A DNA stretch of 64,000 bases from Paraspadella gotoi (Eukaryota > Animalia > Chaetognatha), in NCBI GenBank assembly GCA_051294375.1, contig CM119270.1, positions 14,978,046 through 15,042,045 on the forward strand, in the 5' to 3' direction. Positions 43,771 to 55,646 of this stretch are shown piece after piece (the stretch's first letter is position 1; each line of letters starts with the position of its first letter). The notes under the pieces were generated by a model that worked only from the letters and a program-made list of their open reading frames with translations, was not told where the DNA came from and did not search any database. The position numbers and the translations under genes were made by a program.

Positions 43771-46759
43771 AGAGGAGATTGTAGACGAGATGAGGAGGAT
43801 GGAAAGGAAAGGGGTAAGTCAGAAAGGATGGTGATAGACACGAGAGGCTGGTATTGCAGAAAAGGGCAGGAGAAAAAAAGGCATGAAAGAAGTTGGATGG
43901 GTTTGGGTGTGAAAGGGGCCATCGTGTACCGCGGGTCCCCTTTTCATCGCCTTTCTCCTCACCTCAACGTTTTTCTTATATATAGACGATAGTAGTTCAC
44001 GTGATCTCAGACGTCGTTAAATTCTCGATTTTTTTTTTCAGACTGCCATGATCCAATATTTGTTGACAAAGTAAAAATAATTTGTTGTTTGAAGTCTTAG
44101 AAGATATTGTTAAGTTTCATTTGCCCCTTTGACATCTTTTTATGTTTACCCCATGTTTGGTATTAAGTAATTTATTACTTAATACATTTAAGTGTCTATA
44201 GTTAAATTTTTATTGGTAGGCGTGACTAGCGTAGTTAGACAGAATACAAATTAATAACTGGATAAAGAGTTTCGATTTCCTCCTGATGTAACTTAGATAA
44301 TTCCGTTGAAAGGAACCGAAAAACCTTTGTCTGCGATACTCCATCGTCGTCCCCGGACGACCACAACAAAAAAAACATCCTCTCTCTCGCTCTCTCGTCT
44401 CTCTCTGCGTCTCTCTGCTCTCCTCTCTTCGTCCGTCTCTCTCTCTGCTGCTCCCCAGAAGCTGATATGTCGAAAAACCGGAGGGGCAGTCTCCTTTGAA
44501 TGGGAAAAGAGAGTAGAAAATGAAAGGAGATTCCTCAGAAATGGTGTTCACCTGGATTCGCGGGACGAGCTTTGGCTTTGCTCGAGGCACTCGACGTCGC
44601 GTCGCGTGTAAAAGATTTTAGAGTTCGAGAACCTGATCAGCGCTTCGAACCGATGCTCTCGACGGAAGAGGTTGAGTTGTTAAAAATTATCAAATAATTT
44701 TTGGGCAAACAGAAATGTTTCTTTTCCTTCGATTCTATATTTAGGATCTTTGTCATCTTCGTTGATTTAGGATTTTTTTATTAAAGATATTTATCGAACT
44801 GGTGTTCATGGCTTCAGTTCCTCTCCGTCTGTAGATTGTCATCTTTGTCGCGCATCTCTTTTCTGCTTTCTTTGAAGACGCCTCTTTGTCGCCGGCTTCT
44901 TTTGCCGCCCGAATGCGTAACCTTTTAACTTTGTCGTTTTTCACGTCTTCGTAGTTGCGAGTTACTTAATACTTTCATCGCTGTTTCGTTTTCGATGTTT
45001 TCGTCGTTCTAGTTTCCGTGCGTCTTTTTCATCATCTTGTCGCCATGTGTTCGTGGTCCGTCTGTCGTCTGTTACTCGTCCCTGTTTTCTTCTTCGATTC
45101 GCCTCGTGAGGTCGCGAATTTTTGAGGCAGTTTGCGGTTGTAGGAACTAGGAGGCGCAGGGAGATCTGAGTCGGAAGGCGGTAAGACAACCGATTGAGCT
45201 GTGGCGACGAGAGGATGAAGAGATTGCGAAATGTGCGGGCGGAAGAAGATATGGAGCACGGATTACTTTTCGGTGCCTCACGAAGGAGACAGAATGATTG
45301 CAACTTCCATCTTCTTGGCACTAGGCAATCTCTCGGCCTATTTATTAATTCGTTCCATGCTTGTCTTGGCGTTGGTGGTATTACGCCTACGCGAATTAAA
45401 AGCTTTGTCTGCGATTTAAGCTACTATTTAGGGAAATGAGTTTTCCCGCCACAAATCAATTGAAACGAATAAAACGGTCAGATCCAAATCGAATTTTTAA
45501 CCGCAATTATGTTGCCTTCCGTTGACAATATTTTCTGGAGAAAAACAAAGTTCGTCGACTTGTGATGAGAGGACAGTAATAATATTTATGATTTAGTGAC
45601 GAATCGGTATCTCTCCTGNNNNNNNNNNNNNNNNNNNNNNNNNCTTCTACCTCATTTATTCTTTTTAAACTCTCCTTTCTCTCTCCCTCTTCCTCTCTCT
45701 CCCTCTTCTCCTCTCTCCTCTCTCTTCTCTCTCTCTCTCTCTCTTCTTCTCTCTCTCCTCCTCTCTGCTCTCTCTCTCCTCTCTCTTCCATTTCGCTATG
45801 GGCAGTGTCTACGATAAACGCCTTTCCTTTTTAAACCATTGTACTTTCAACTTGTAAAAAATTTTACCTAAAACTTTTATGTAGTCATGTTATTCTCGTT
45901 GATTTTCTTGTTATCTGGTCACTTTCTTGATTATTTTTTGAAAATCGGGTTTACTGGAAATACTATTCTCTCTATCATTAAGCACAACGCGCTCTGTTCT
46001 TATTTCAATACTTCAAGAATTTCGCTTCATTGACAACAAAAGTTCCTCTCAGAGGTTTCTTGAAACTAATGAGCATTGAAAAATCTATTTCAACTAGAAC
46101 GAGTTACAAATCTACGTAAACTATTGGTTTTAAAGAAAATGGCATTAAAAGTTTTTTAAGTTTTTGCGACGAGAAGAAATGGAGTTATCTATTTTTTTTA
46201 TTATATTATTTACATTTTTCTTTCTCTCTCTCTCTCTCTCTCTCTCTTCTTTCTTTCTTTCTTTTCTTCTTTCTTTCTTTCTTCTTTCTTCTTCTTCTTC
46301 TTTCTATCTTTCTCTCTTTTTCTTTCTTTTTCCTCTTCTTTCTCTCTTTCTCTCCTTCCTTTCTTTCTCTCTCTATCTTCTTTTTCCTCTTTTCCCTCTT
46401 TTTCTCTCCTCACTCTCTTTTTCTACCCACTGTAGTGAAAGTTACGGGACCATGTTGTGCAACGGACTTTAAACTGCCTCGCGGCCATCGTCTTCCACAA
46501 CTATCTCTTTCGCTCTCTCTTTTGGTTTCTCTCTTTCTTTCTCTCTTTCTTTCGCTCTCTCTTTCTTCTCTCTTTCTTTCTCTTTTTTTTTTTGCTTTCT
46601 TTCATTCCTATATCGCCCACATGTTCTTTCTGAAGAAAGAAACTCGCATCGTGCACCTTTTTTCGATCATATTTTTTTTCTCTCGGTACGTTTTAATGCC
46701 GGTCATATTTAAGAATTTTAATAATATTTATAGAACCATTTATTGAGATGGCAATGTCT

Positions 46760-47449
46760 GTTTCGATGGATATCGTCCGAGTGGAAATGAAGTATTAAAT
46801 GGAAAAAAAAATAATTATTTCATTATTTGAGACCCAAAATTACCTCATAGAGTGGATGGGGAGAATTGACCTTAAATTTTGTATTGGTGAGGGAAAGTGT
46901 GTGATTTAAGCTGAAATCAAGTTTGAATGGAATCGGCTTGAGTGGAATGAGTTTAAATGGAAAAAAACCAAAAAACCTGTTTCACTAATTGATTTATGCT
47001 TCTTTTTTATTTATATTAAAGTAGATGCCAAGAAGATCCTATTAATTAATTCAAAAAATTAATCAGTTAATATTAATCAATTATCATATAATAATAATTA
47101 TAATCGGTCAATAATCAATCAATTCAACAACAATTTTCGGTATGTAATAATCTTAGTTAATTAATTAATCTCAATTAACTGAATTTAATTATTCTAATTA
47201 ATTAATTAATTAATTTAGTTAATCAATCAAGTCAATCCTTTATCGGCATTATTGTTGTCCGTCGTTGCCCATTCATCGTCGTCTTGCTTTGTCTGGTCAG
47301 GAACGAAAAGCCTAAAAACAAACATTTCGGATCAAATTATTAATTTATTAATTAAATTATGGTTAATTTATATAGTTTGTATTAATTAATTAATTAATTA
47401 CCGCTACATGATCGTGAGCAGATCCGACATTGTTTGCTAAAACTTGTTT
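46760..47449 (-). mobile_element. Truncated second copy of the family B HINE-like element
   Basis: Reverse complement of 36586-37090 with an internal insertion. It carries GCAGATCCGAC at 47418-47428, the 5' subterminal complement of the 3' hairpin arm. Confidence 0.75.
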
Positions 47450-47578
47450 CTTTCTTCTTTCCCTTTTCTTTCCTTATTTCCTTTCTTTCTTTCTTCTTCT
47501 TTCTCTTTTCTTTTCTTCTTTATTTCTTTAATTCTATATTGTTGGTATTCTTTTCGTTTCGCTTGTGTTTTTTGGTAT

Positions 47579-47749
47579 TTTAGCGGAAACAAAGTTTAGA
47601 TTTGTACTACAACAATTTTATTTATAGCAAACAGGACATTTGTTCGACTCTTGTCGACGTCTTTTAAAAAAACACTGATGAGTCGAAACATGTCTTTTTC
47701 TATTAAATAAAATCGTTGTTAGTACAAATCTAAATTTTTGTTCGCTAAA
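47579..47749 (+). ncRNA. Inverted repeat containing a minimal type I hammerhead ribozyme-like motif (Penelope-like retroelement pLTR relic)
   Basis: ~70-bp inverted arms. CTGATGA (47675-81), then GTC, GAAA (47685-88), then CAT and GTC (47692-94), with the palindrome ACATGT and a downstream AATAAA. Stem I is weak and activity is unproven. Confidence 0.5.
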
Positions 47750-48947
47750 TTTCTTTATTTCTTTATTTTTTTCTTCTCTGATTATTTATTCTTTAGTTTA
47801 TGCTCCAAATATTCGGTAACTCGCGATTTTTTTTCTATTTTTGGCTTGCTTAGCAGATTTAGTTAACGTCGACGATTTTTGCGGAATAATTTTCCGCCAC
47901 ACAATCCTGTCCGACACCCGCGAAAAAAAAGATTAAAAAAAATTGTCCTGATGCTTTAAGATAACGCAAAATGATGCCGGTTGGTTTTTAAGATTTAACA
48001 AGAATACATAAAACTAGTCCTCAACTAATAAAACTATAAAACAGAATAAATCTAAAGTCCGAAATGAAAAAAAATAAACTACAATCACAAAAATCACGAA
48101 AATTCAAAGGACATTCTTAAAAAAAAATTTGAGAGAAACGCTATGAAGCTTATTTCTTTATATTACAGATATAATTAGTTTATCATGTGGGGATATTTTG
48201 CATTAGTTTCAGATTAATTTAAAGATGTTCAGTTAGTTTTTAAAAATGCCATGAAATTGAAAAAAAATGCCATTTTCTGCACTAACCATTTTTAAAAAAT
48301 TCATTGCAGACAAACGGTGATACATTAACACAAAAAAAATGCTTCATACCCTACGTAGACGGGAATTGAAGGCAACCCCACAAAGGAAGCCTAAAAAATT
48401 TTTCTTTTTTGACTCTTCACCTTGAAAATTAGTGCCCAAATGAAAATGGACAAAAATGGACAAGATTTTTGAAGATTAAAAAATTGATGAAAAAACTATC
48501 TTTACTGTATCAATTTATATGGAATGGTTTTTATTTACCCCCATTGTCGCCACTCTTTGTGATATAGTCAAAAGTATAAAAAATTTAGCATTCATATGAA
48601 TTAATAAGGAGATTTCACGTTCATTTCTGACAAAAGGCTTTTCGTCAGACACTGCCTATTATTATTCCACCGAGCTCCGCGTCCCGCCGCCTCTTTCCAA
48701 AAAGAAAAGATGAGAAAACAAATACAAAAAAATATGTGATAAAAAAAAAATCGGTGTCGCTCAGTTATTCTCTCTACTCTCTCTTCTCTTCTCTCTTTCT
48801 CTCTGTCTCTTCTCTCTCTGTCTCACTTTCTCTCACCTTCTCTCTCCTCGCGCGTCGGCCGCGATCCTTTTTTATTTTTCGGGCGCAGAGCGAACGTCAT
48901 TGTTGTCTGAATGCTTTGTTATTTTTTTTAACTCTCTTTATCCTTCT

Positions 48948-49008
<61 letters not shown>

Positions 49009-49749
49009 GCTCTCTCTCCTCTTTCTCTCTCGATCTCGGGCCAACCCCCATTAACTGAGTCTCCGAGTAGCGATTTCTTGTTTCTCAATCTCTTTTATTT
49101 CTCATCTCAGTTTCGCCTTTCGGACGCGACGATGTCCCACGAAGAAATTGACAATTGCGATCCAAATTCGCCGTTGGGTGCAAAAATACGACGAAAATCA
49201 CGGAAAAAAAAATTACGACGAAAAATGTGGCTAAAATCGGACACAAATTTTGTCAAAGAATTTGAAATTGAAAATTTAAAAATAAATTACAGAATCCAAT
49301 TTAAACAAGCGGTGCTGTAGGCTGGAACCCCGTTTTTCTCAGCGAAGATTTGGGATTGTAATCATTTGGGTTGATCTACGCTCGAACTCAGGTATTGTAT
49401 ATTTGTATAACATTGTATAATATATTATATTTTGTCTATCGAGTTCAGCCGTCACTTGGTAAAAACGTATTCAGAAATATAGAAATTTAAGAATAATTTT
49501 TTTGATATTTTATTTTTCAAAAAATTGAATGCGAATTCTTTAAGACTCTCTATTTCGAGTCCGCTGAAGCGAACGACTATTCGAGTGCTTCTCTCACAAT
49601 CACTCAGGAGCTAAAAACGTGAGAAATTTAGAAAGAAGCTCAAGTGATGTTCACTTTTTTCTGTCTGTGAACAAACAGGCGTGAACGATTAGGTTTTAGC
49701 GGAGAAGGAAAAAGGAAAGTGAGAAATGGAGAGAAGGAAAGGAAGGACA

Positions 49750-49830
49750 GAAGAAGAAGAAGAAGAAGAAGAAGAAGAAGAAGAAGAAGAAGAAGAAGAA
49801 GAAGAAGAAGAAGAAGAAGAAGAAGAAGAA
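49750..49830. repeat. (GAA)n microsatellite
   Basis: Uninterrupted GAA run. Confidence 0.95.
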
Positions 49831-51481
49831 AAAGAAAGAGTAAAAAAAGGCGGGAAAGGAGAGAAGGTTAAGAGTGAAACGGAAATGTCAATGACGATAA
49901 AATTGAAATTCTTATTAGATATTTAATAAAGACGAAGAAAAAGAAAGACGAGACGGAAAAAAACAAGAAAAATACGGGTATGAACGTGAAGCTGGAAAAA
50001 ACAGTAAAACATGAGAAAGGAGAGAGAGAGACGAGAGAGAGGAGAGAGAGAGAGAGGAGAAGAGAGTAGAGAGAAGAGAGAGAGAGAGAAGAGAGAAGCA
50101 GAGGGAGCGGGGCAACACCGGAAGGAGGGCACAAAAAGGCGCGATAGAGTTTAAGGAGAAGTGACGTGACATTTTGCCGCTTGGGCACGACGACGACGAC
50201 GACGACGACGACAGCGAGAAAATAGAACTGCCAGCGAAGAGGGAGAAACGATACCTTTAGTCGAGAGACTCGCACTAAAGCGGAAGAAAGTTAAGAATTG
50301 GAAGAGCGCAAAAAGGTAAGGTAAACTTACTCGATATCGGATTCAGGGAAAGGAAATCAAAACTGAGTGCAATCGTCAGAAGGATGTGGAGAAGTTATGA
50401 AAGAGAGAGAGACAGAGAGACAGAGACGGAATTAGTTCAATTTCTTCTATATTATTATTTTTTCATTTTCAGTTTTATTTTTCAAGGGTTTAACTTAATC
50501 CTTGTTTCAAATATTAATTTTGGATTTTTAGTTTTATTCAAGCATTTTATAAAACCACCCTTAGTTTATGTGTCAACTAAATCCAAATTTTATTATAACA
50601 TTTCACGACTCATTTTTGCCTTAAAAAACTTTTCAAGGAACCACAAAGTCATCTCTTCCCAAAAATATCTCCTCCTCCTCCTCCTCCTCCTCCGCCTCCG
50701 CCTCCGCCAGAGCTCATTATGTTCTCCTCTCCAACGCCCGACCCTCTCGCCCCGACCCCCTGACCTCTTCGACCCCCTTGACCCGCCCAGATATTCGCCA
50801 TCCATTGTCAGCCGCCTTCTCGCCCTTGTGGCGAAGGCCGGTAGACAAGAAGACGGAATCTGCGAAGTCTCGAGTTCGAGTGCACTAAGATTATTTTTTT
50901 TTTAATGTCAAATCTCTTGAAATCTGGATAGAGGCCTTTGAACTGAGAAAATTACGGACGCATTACAGTAATCGATACAACGGAGTTTATCAATATAAAA
51001 AAAAAATATATATATATATAAAATATATATATATATATATAAAATATATATATATATATTGGTTGTACCAATTTCATAACATAAAAATATCAACCTCAAA
51101 AAAAACCCATATCATCTGAAAATAAAACAAACCACAGNNNNNNNNNNNNNNNNNNNNNNNNNNNNNNNNNNNNNNNNNNNNNNNNNNNNNNNNNNNNNNN
51201 NNNNNNNNNNNNNNNNNNNNNNNNNNNNNNNNNNNNNNNNNNNNNNNNNNNNNNNNNNNNNNNNNNNNNNNNNNNNNNNNNNNNNNNNNNNNNNNNNNNN
51301 NNNNNNNNNNNNNNNNNNNNNNNNNNNNNNNNNNNNNNNNNNNNNNNNNNNNNNNNNNNNNNNNNNNNNTTTAAAACCATCTCCCTTCTCTTTTTCTTTA
51401 ACATCTGAAGAGTTTTCAGATTTCTCTGTTTTTCTGTGCGTGTGTCTCTCTCTCTATACTTTAGCTCTTTTTGTGTCCCCC

Positions 51482-51515
<34 letters not shown>

Positions 51516-54500
51516 NNNNNNNNNNNNNNNNNNNNNNNNNNNNNNNNNNNNNNNNNNNNNNNNNNNNNNNNNNNNNNNNNNNNNNNNNNNNNNNNNNNNN
51601 NNNNNNNNNNNNNNNNNNNNNNNNNNNNNNNNNNNNNNNNNNNNNNNNNNNNNNNNNNNNNNNNNNNNNNNNNNNNNNNNNNNNNNNNNNNNNNNNNNNN
51701 NNNNNNNNNNNNNNNNNNNNNNNTCTCGGCGCCATTTTGCAAATCTCATCGGTTTATCGGGATTTCGTAGTTTTGGGAATCCCTCGATGCAAGAGGCGAG
51801 CAGATTGGTTTTTGTTTAAAGACTCCTCCAGGTCCGATCTTTCTTTTCCCTTTTAATTATTCCATTCTCTTTTTTTTCTCCCGATTTCTCTCGCACCTGC
51901 CTTTTTTTCCTTTTTTCCCCTTTATTTTCCTTTTTCGATTCTTTGTATATTTTTTCATCAATCCAATTTTATTGTTTTTTCCCTCATATTAGATTCATTT
52001 TTGTTAGAATTGTGGCGATCCGTCAATTAAGTCGGAATTCAATATTTTAAAACGGTGATAACCCCTTTTTTAATATCATCTTCCTTCCTTTTCTTTTCTT
52101 TTCTTCTCTTCATCTGCTATTCCTAATCGTCCATCCTTTAAATTTTCTTTCACACCACTTTCCTCTTTTCCCGCTCGCCTTTTTTCTTTTCTTTTTTAAT
52201 CTTTCATTGTTCTTTAAGTCTCTCAAACAAAACCAAAACGATTAAGCGTCGTGCGACCATCTTCACTGCTTGTATGTTTGTTAGTACAATTTTTAAAAAT
52301 AGTCTACGGTGTCTCTTTTGAATATNNNNNNNNNNNNNNNNNNNNNNNNNNNNNNNNNNNNNNNNNNNNNNNNNNNNNNNNNNNNNNNNNNNNNNNNNNN
52401 NNNNNNNNNNNNNNNNNNNNNNNNNNNNNNNNNNNNNNNNNNNNNNNNNNNNNNNNNNNNNNNNNNNNNNNNNNNNNNNNNNNNNNNNNNNNNNNNNNNN
52501 NNNNNNNNNNNNNNNNNNNNNNNNNNNNNNNNNNNGAGAGAGAGAGAGAGAGAGATTCACTTTTTTCTTAAAACCGATAAAGGAGGCAAAACGAAGAAGA
52601 AACGATTAGTACAGTAAATAATAAATAATAAATAATAAATAAATAAATAAATAATAAATAATCAATTAAGGCTTTAATTTTTTACATATGGTATTTGTAC
52701 AACCACAATATAAAAGTCATTCATTCAATCAATAAACATGCTATCTTTCCCCTGACCCCGGACAGCCCATGGTGGTTTATGGCCTGCATCCTTTCTTACT
52801 AGATAATATAGTACTTCTATTATCAGGGTTTGGATTAAGTTACAAACAAAACATCATTCCATAAAAGCAAAAGGTTAAATATTTAACACTTATTAAAAAG
52901 AAAGTAAAAATCTTTCGCGACTAACATGAAATATGCTAAAAATATCTCGGTAACCAAAAGATTAGCACTCCCATCTATGCACACCAAATATTTTCCTCAT
53001 GCCATCATTCATAGCAACTTTCAATTTATGCATATCTTCACTGTTTGTCTCAATCCATTTACATTTACTATACAAATTTGAATATTACTAATATTATTAA
53101 TTTATTAGTCTTAGGAAACAAAAAGGAATATTTTAATAATAATAATAATGATAATTTACCTTATCAATAAGATATGCAAGACTTCAATCAAAACTTTCTC
53201 ACAATCTAGTTTATTCACACCCAGAACATCTGGTTTCCCTATCAATGAAGTGGTATAATGTATGTATCAAAGAATTTTCCAAGAAATGTATGTTAATTTA
53301 AACTATTCTATACTTTTTGTGATTTTAAATTCACTTTTCCTTTTTATTTGTGATGACTACGAAAGCTCTTCTTCCTTTTCTCACGAATTCCATTGAAACA
53401 GCTTCTCGCAATTTCATTAAAAAATTGTCACGTGACCTTTGCTCCTCTTTTCCGCTGGAGCGAATCCGCTCCAAGAACAGGATTCGTCAATTTCCGTCAA
53501 TTCCTGACGGGTTCGGTTTTGGGTTCGAGATAATCAAATCTCACTCTCGCTTCGTTTCACTCCTTTTTTTCTCTTTCTTTTCTTTCTTCTCTTTTTTTTT
53601 GTTATTTATCCTTTCTTTACTCTTCTTTTTTTTCTCTCTTGACTTTCTTCTATCTCTTTGTTATCTATCCTTTCTTTACGCTCCTTTTCTCCTTTTTTCT
53701 CTCTTTTATTTCTTCTCTCTCTTTGTTACTTTTTCTCTTTTCACTGTTACAAACCTTTTTTTCCCCATTTTTTAGTACGTTGTCCGCATTTTCTTTGACG
53801 TCACTTTATATTTTAGTTATTTTAACTCAACAAACAATTGTTTAAAAAATCTAGGTTTTCTCTTCTGAAGCCTAAAATTTCTAGTCCTCCCATTAAATTC
53901 CTTTCTCTACCTCTTATTTATCTTTCTCTCTATATTTACTCATTCTCATTATTCTTATTTCTCTTACACGCCATTTCTATCCCTTTGCTCACCGCTCTCT
54001 TTGCCCGCCTCCTTTTTGCTTCATCACCAATATCCTTTTCTTGAGATTTGATCTTCGATAAAAAAAACATAAAATAAAACAAATAAATAAATACAAAAAA
54101 AAAAACTCTACATGAGTTTAGTTTCCTTTTTTAGGCAGAAAATAGCAAAAACTGCCACATTTTTTTTTCAGAAGAAAGGCGAAAAAAAATTCTGAATACG
54201 TATCTATTTTGGAAGCATTATCCCTCCCGATCTTTCTCCCTCTCTGTCTCTCTCTCTGTCTCTCTCTTTCCCTCCCTCCCTCTGCCNNNNNNNNNNNNNN
54301 NNNNNNNNNNNTCTCCCTCCCTCCCATGACGATGTCAAATAAAAACTCGAGAAATCTCTTTTTTTTTACCTAAAAAAAAATTTTTTTTTAAAGCTGGAAA
54401 AAAAAAATTCGCGACTAAAATTCGAAGGCCGCCTTTGCACCACGAGCGCCATCGAGCGCCACGAGCGGAACCCGCACGAATCTCTCTCCTGCGAGCGACA

Positions 54501-55013
54501 AACACAAACAAAATGCAAAAGGGGGAAAAAAAGAAAGAAAAAATCGTTTTTTTTCAAAATTGTTGACATCGAAAAAAAAAGAAAAAGTTTTGGGTGAAGA
54601 GATTCGAATTCAGGTCCGCGTCGCGGGTCGAACTGGTCGATCGATGATTTTGGTAAGGCCAAAAAAAAAAAAACAAGAACGGATTCCAATGTGTCGCGCC
54701 GCAGTGGCTTTATTTTCACGTGATGTACAAAAACATGATATAACATGACGAAAAAACTTTATAGGCCTTGTATTTATTATTACATGCACTGCATCGAATT
54801 TCCATATTTTATTTCTTAGTTTTAGGATTTCCTGAAGTAGGGTAAGATTATTTTGTTACCTCGCGTCGGCGTCATTCTTTTTTAATCATTAAAGTTGACC
54901 TTAGCTGACCTTATCTTTTCACCGTTCTAGTTGCTTTTTTGTGGCTTTCTTTCGGTCGAAAACCTCGTCACTTCTATTCGATCAGGCAGAGAAAATACGA
55001 AAGATTTTCTACA

Positions 55014-55646
55014 TAGGGGTAGCCGCCACTCAATGGGCGTGAGTCAAAAAATTTAGAGTGAGGAGTACATGCTCAACGAAATTATACATTTTGAAATATA
55101 CTTTTAATGGCCTACAAAAACATTTCTTCTGTGGCTCTATACCCAAATAATTAATTTTGTAATATTTATTTATAAATAAAAGGCCAAATACTATTTTTGA
55201 TATTTTTAAATTTTAAGACCAGATTCAGATAGCTTGTAAATATTTTCTATACAAAGAATAATTTACTTTTTTTAAATATTTTTATGATAAGCGAGCAGTC
55301 AAAAAATAAGAAAAATTGCCAAAAAACATCATCATCATCATCATCTTTACGATGATTTATCAGTTTTTTTAGATTTTCACTTAGAAAAACGCTAATGAAT
55401 TTTAAAAACTGTAGAAGTTTATCCATTTTTGTTAAACTTTTTATATCTAATCAGAATGTATTCCATCAAAAAATTTAAATTTCGAAAAATTTTTTTATAA
55501 TGTAAAAAAGAAAATAATTTTAAAGATAATTAAACCAAGACGATATAATTAATTTTTTTGCGAAAATTATTGCCTTAAATATTTAGTCAAGACAACTAAA
55601 AAATTCTTTGCTAATAGTCGAAATTTGTATATTATCTCCTGGAAGT
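55014..55646. mobile_element. Interspersed repeat family A copy, inverted relative to the CtBP intronic copy
   Basis: Reverse complement of 14014-14614. Confidence 0.8.
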
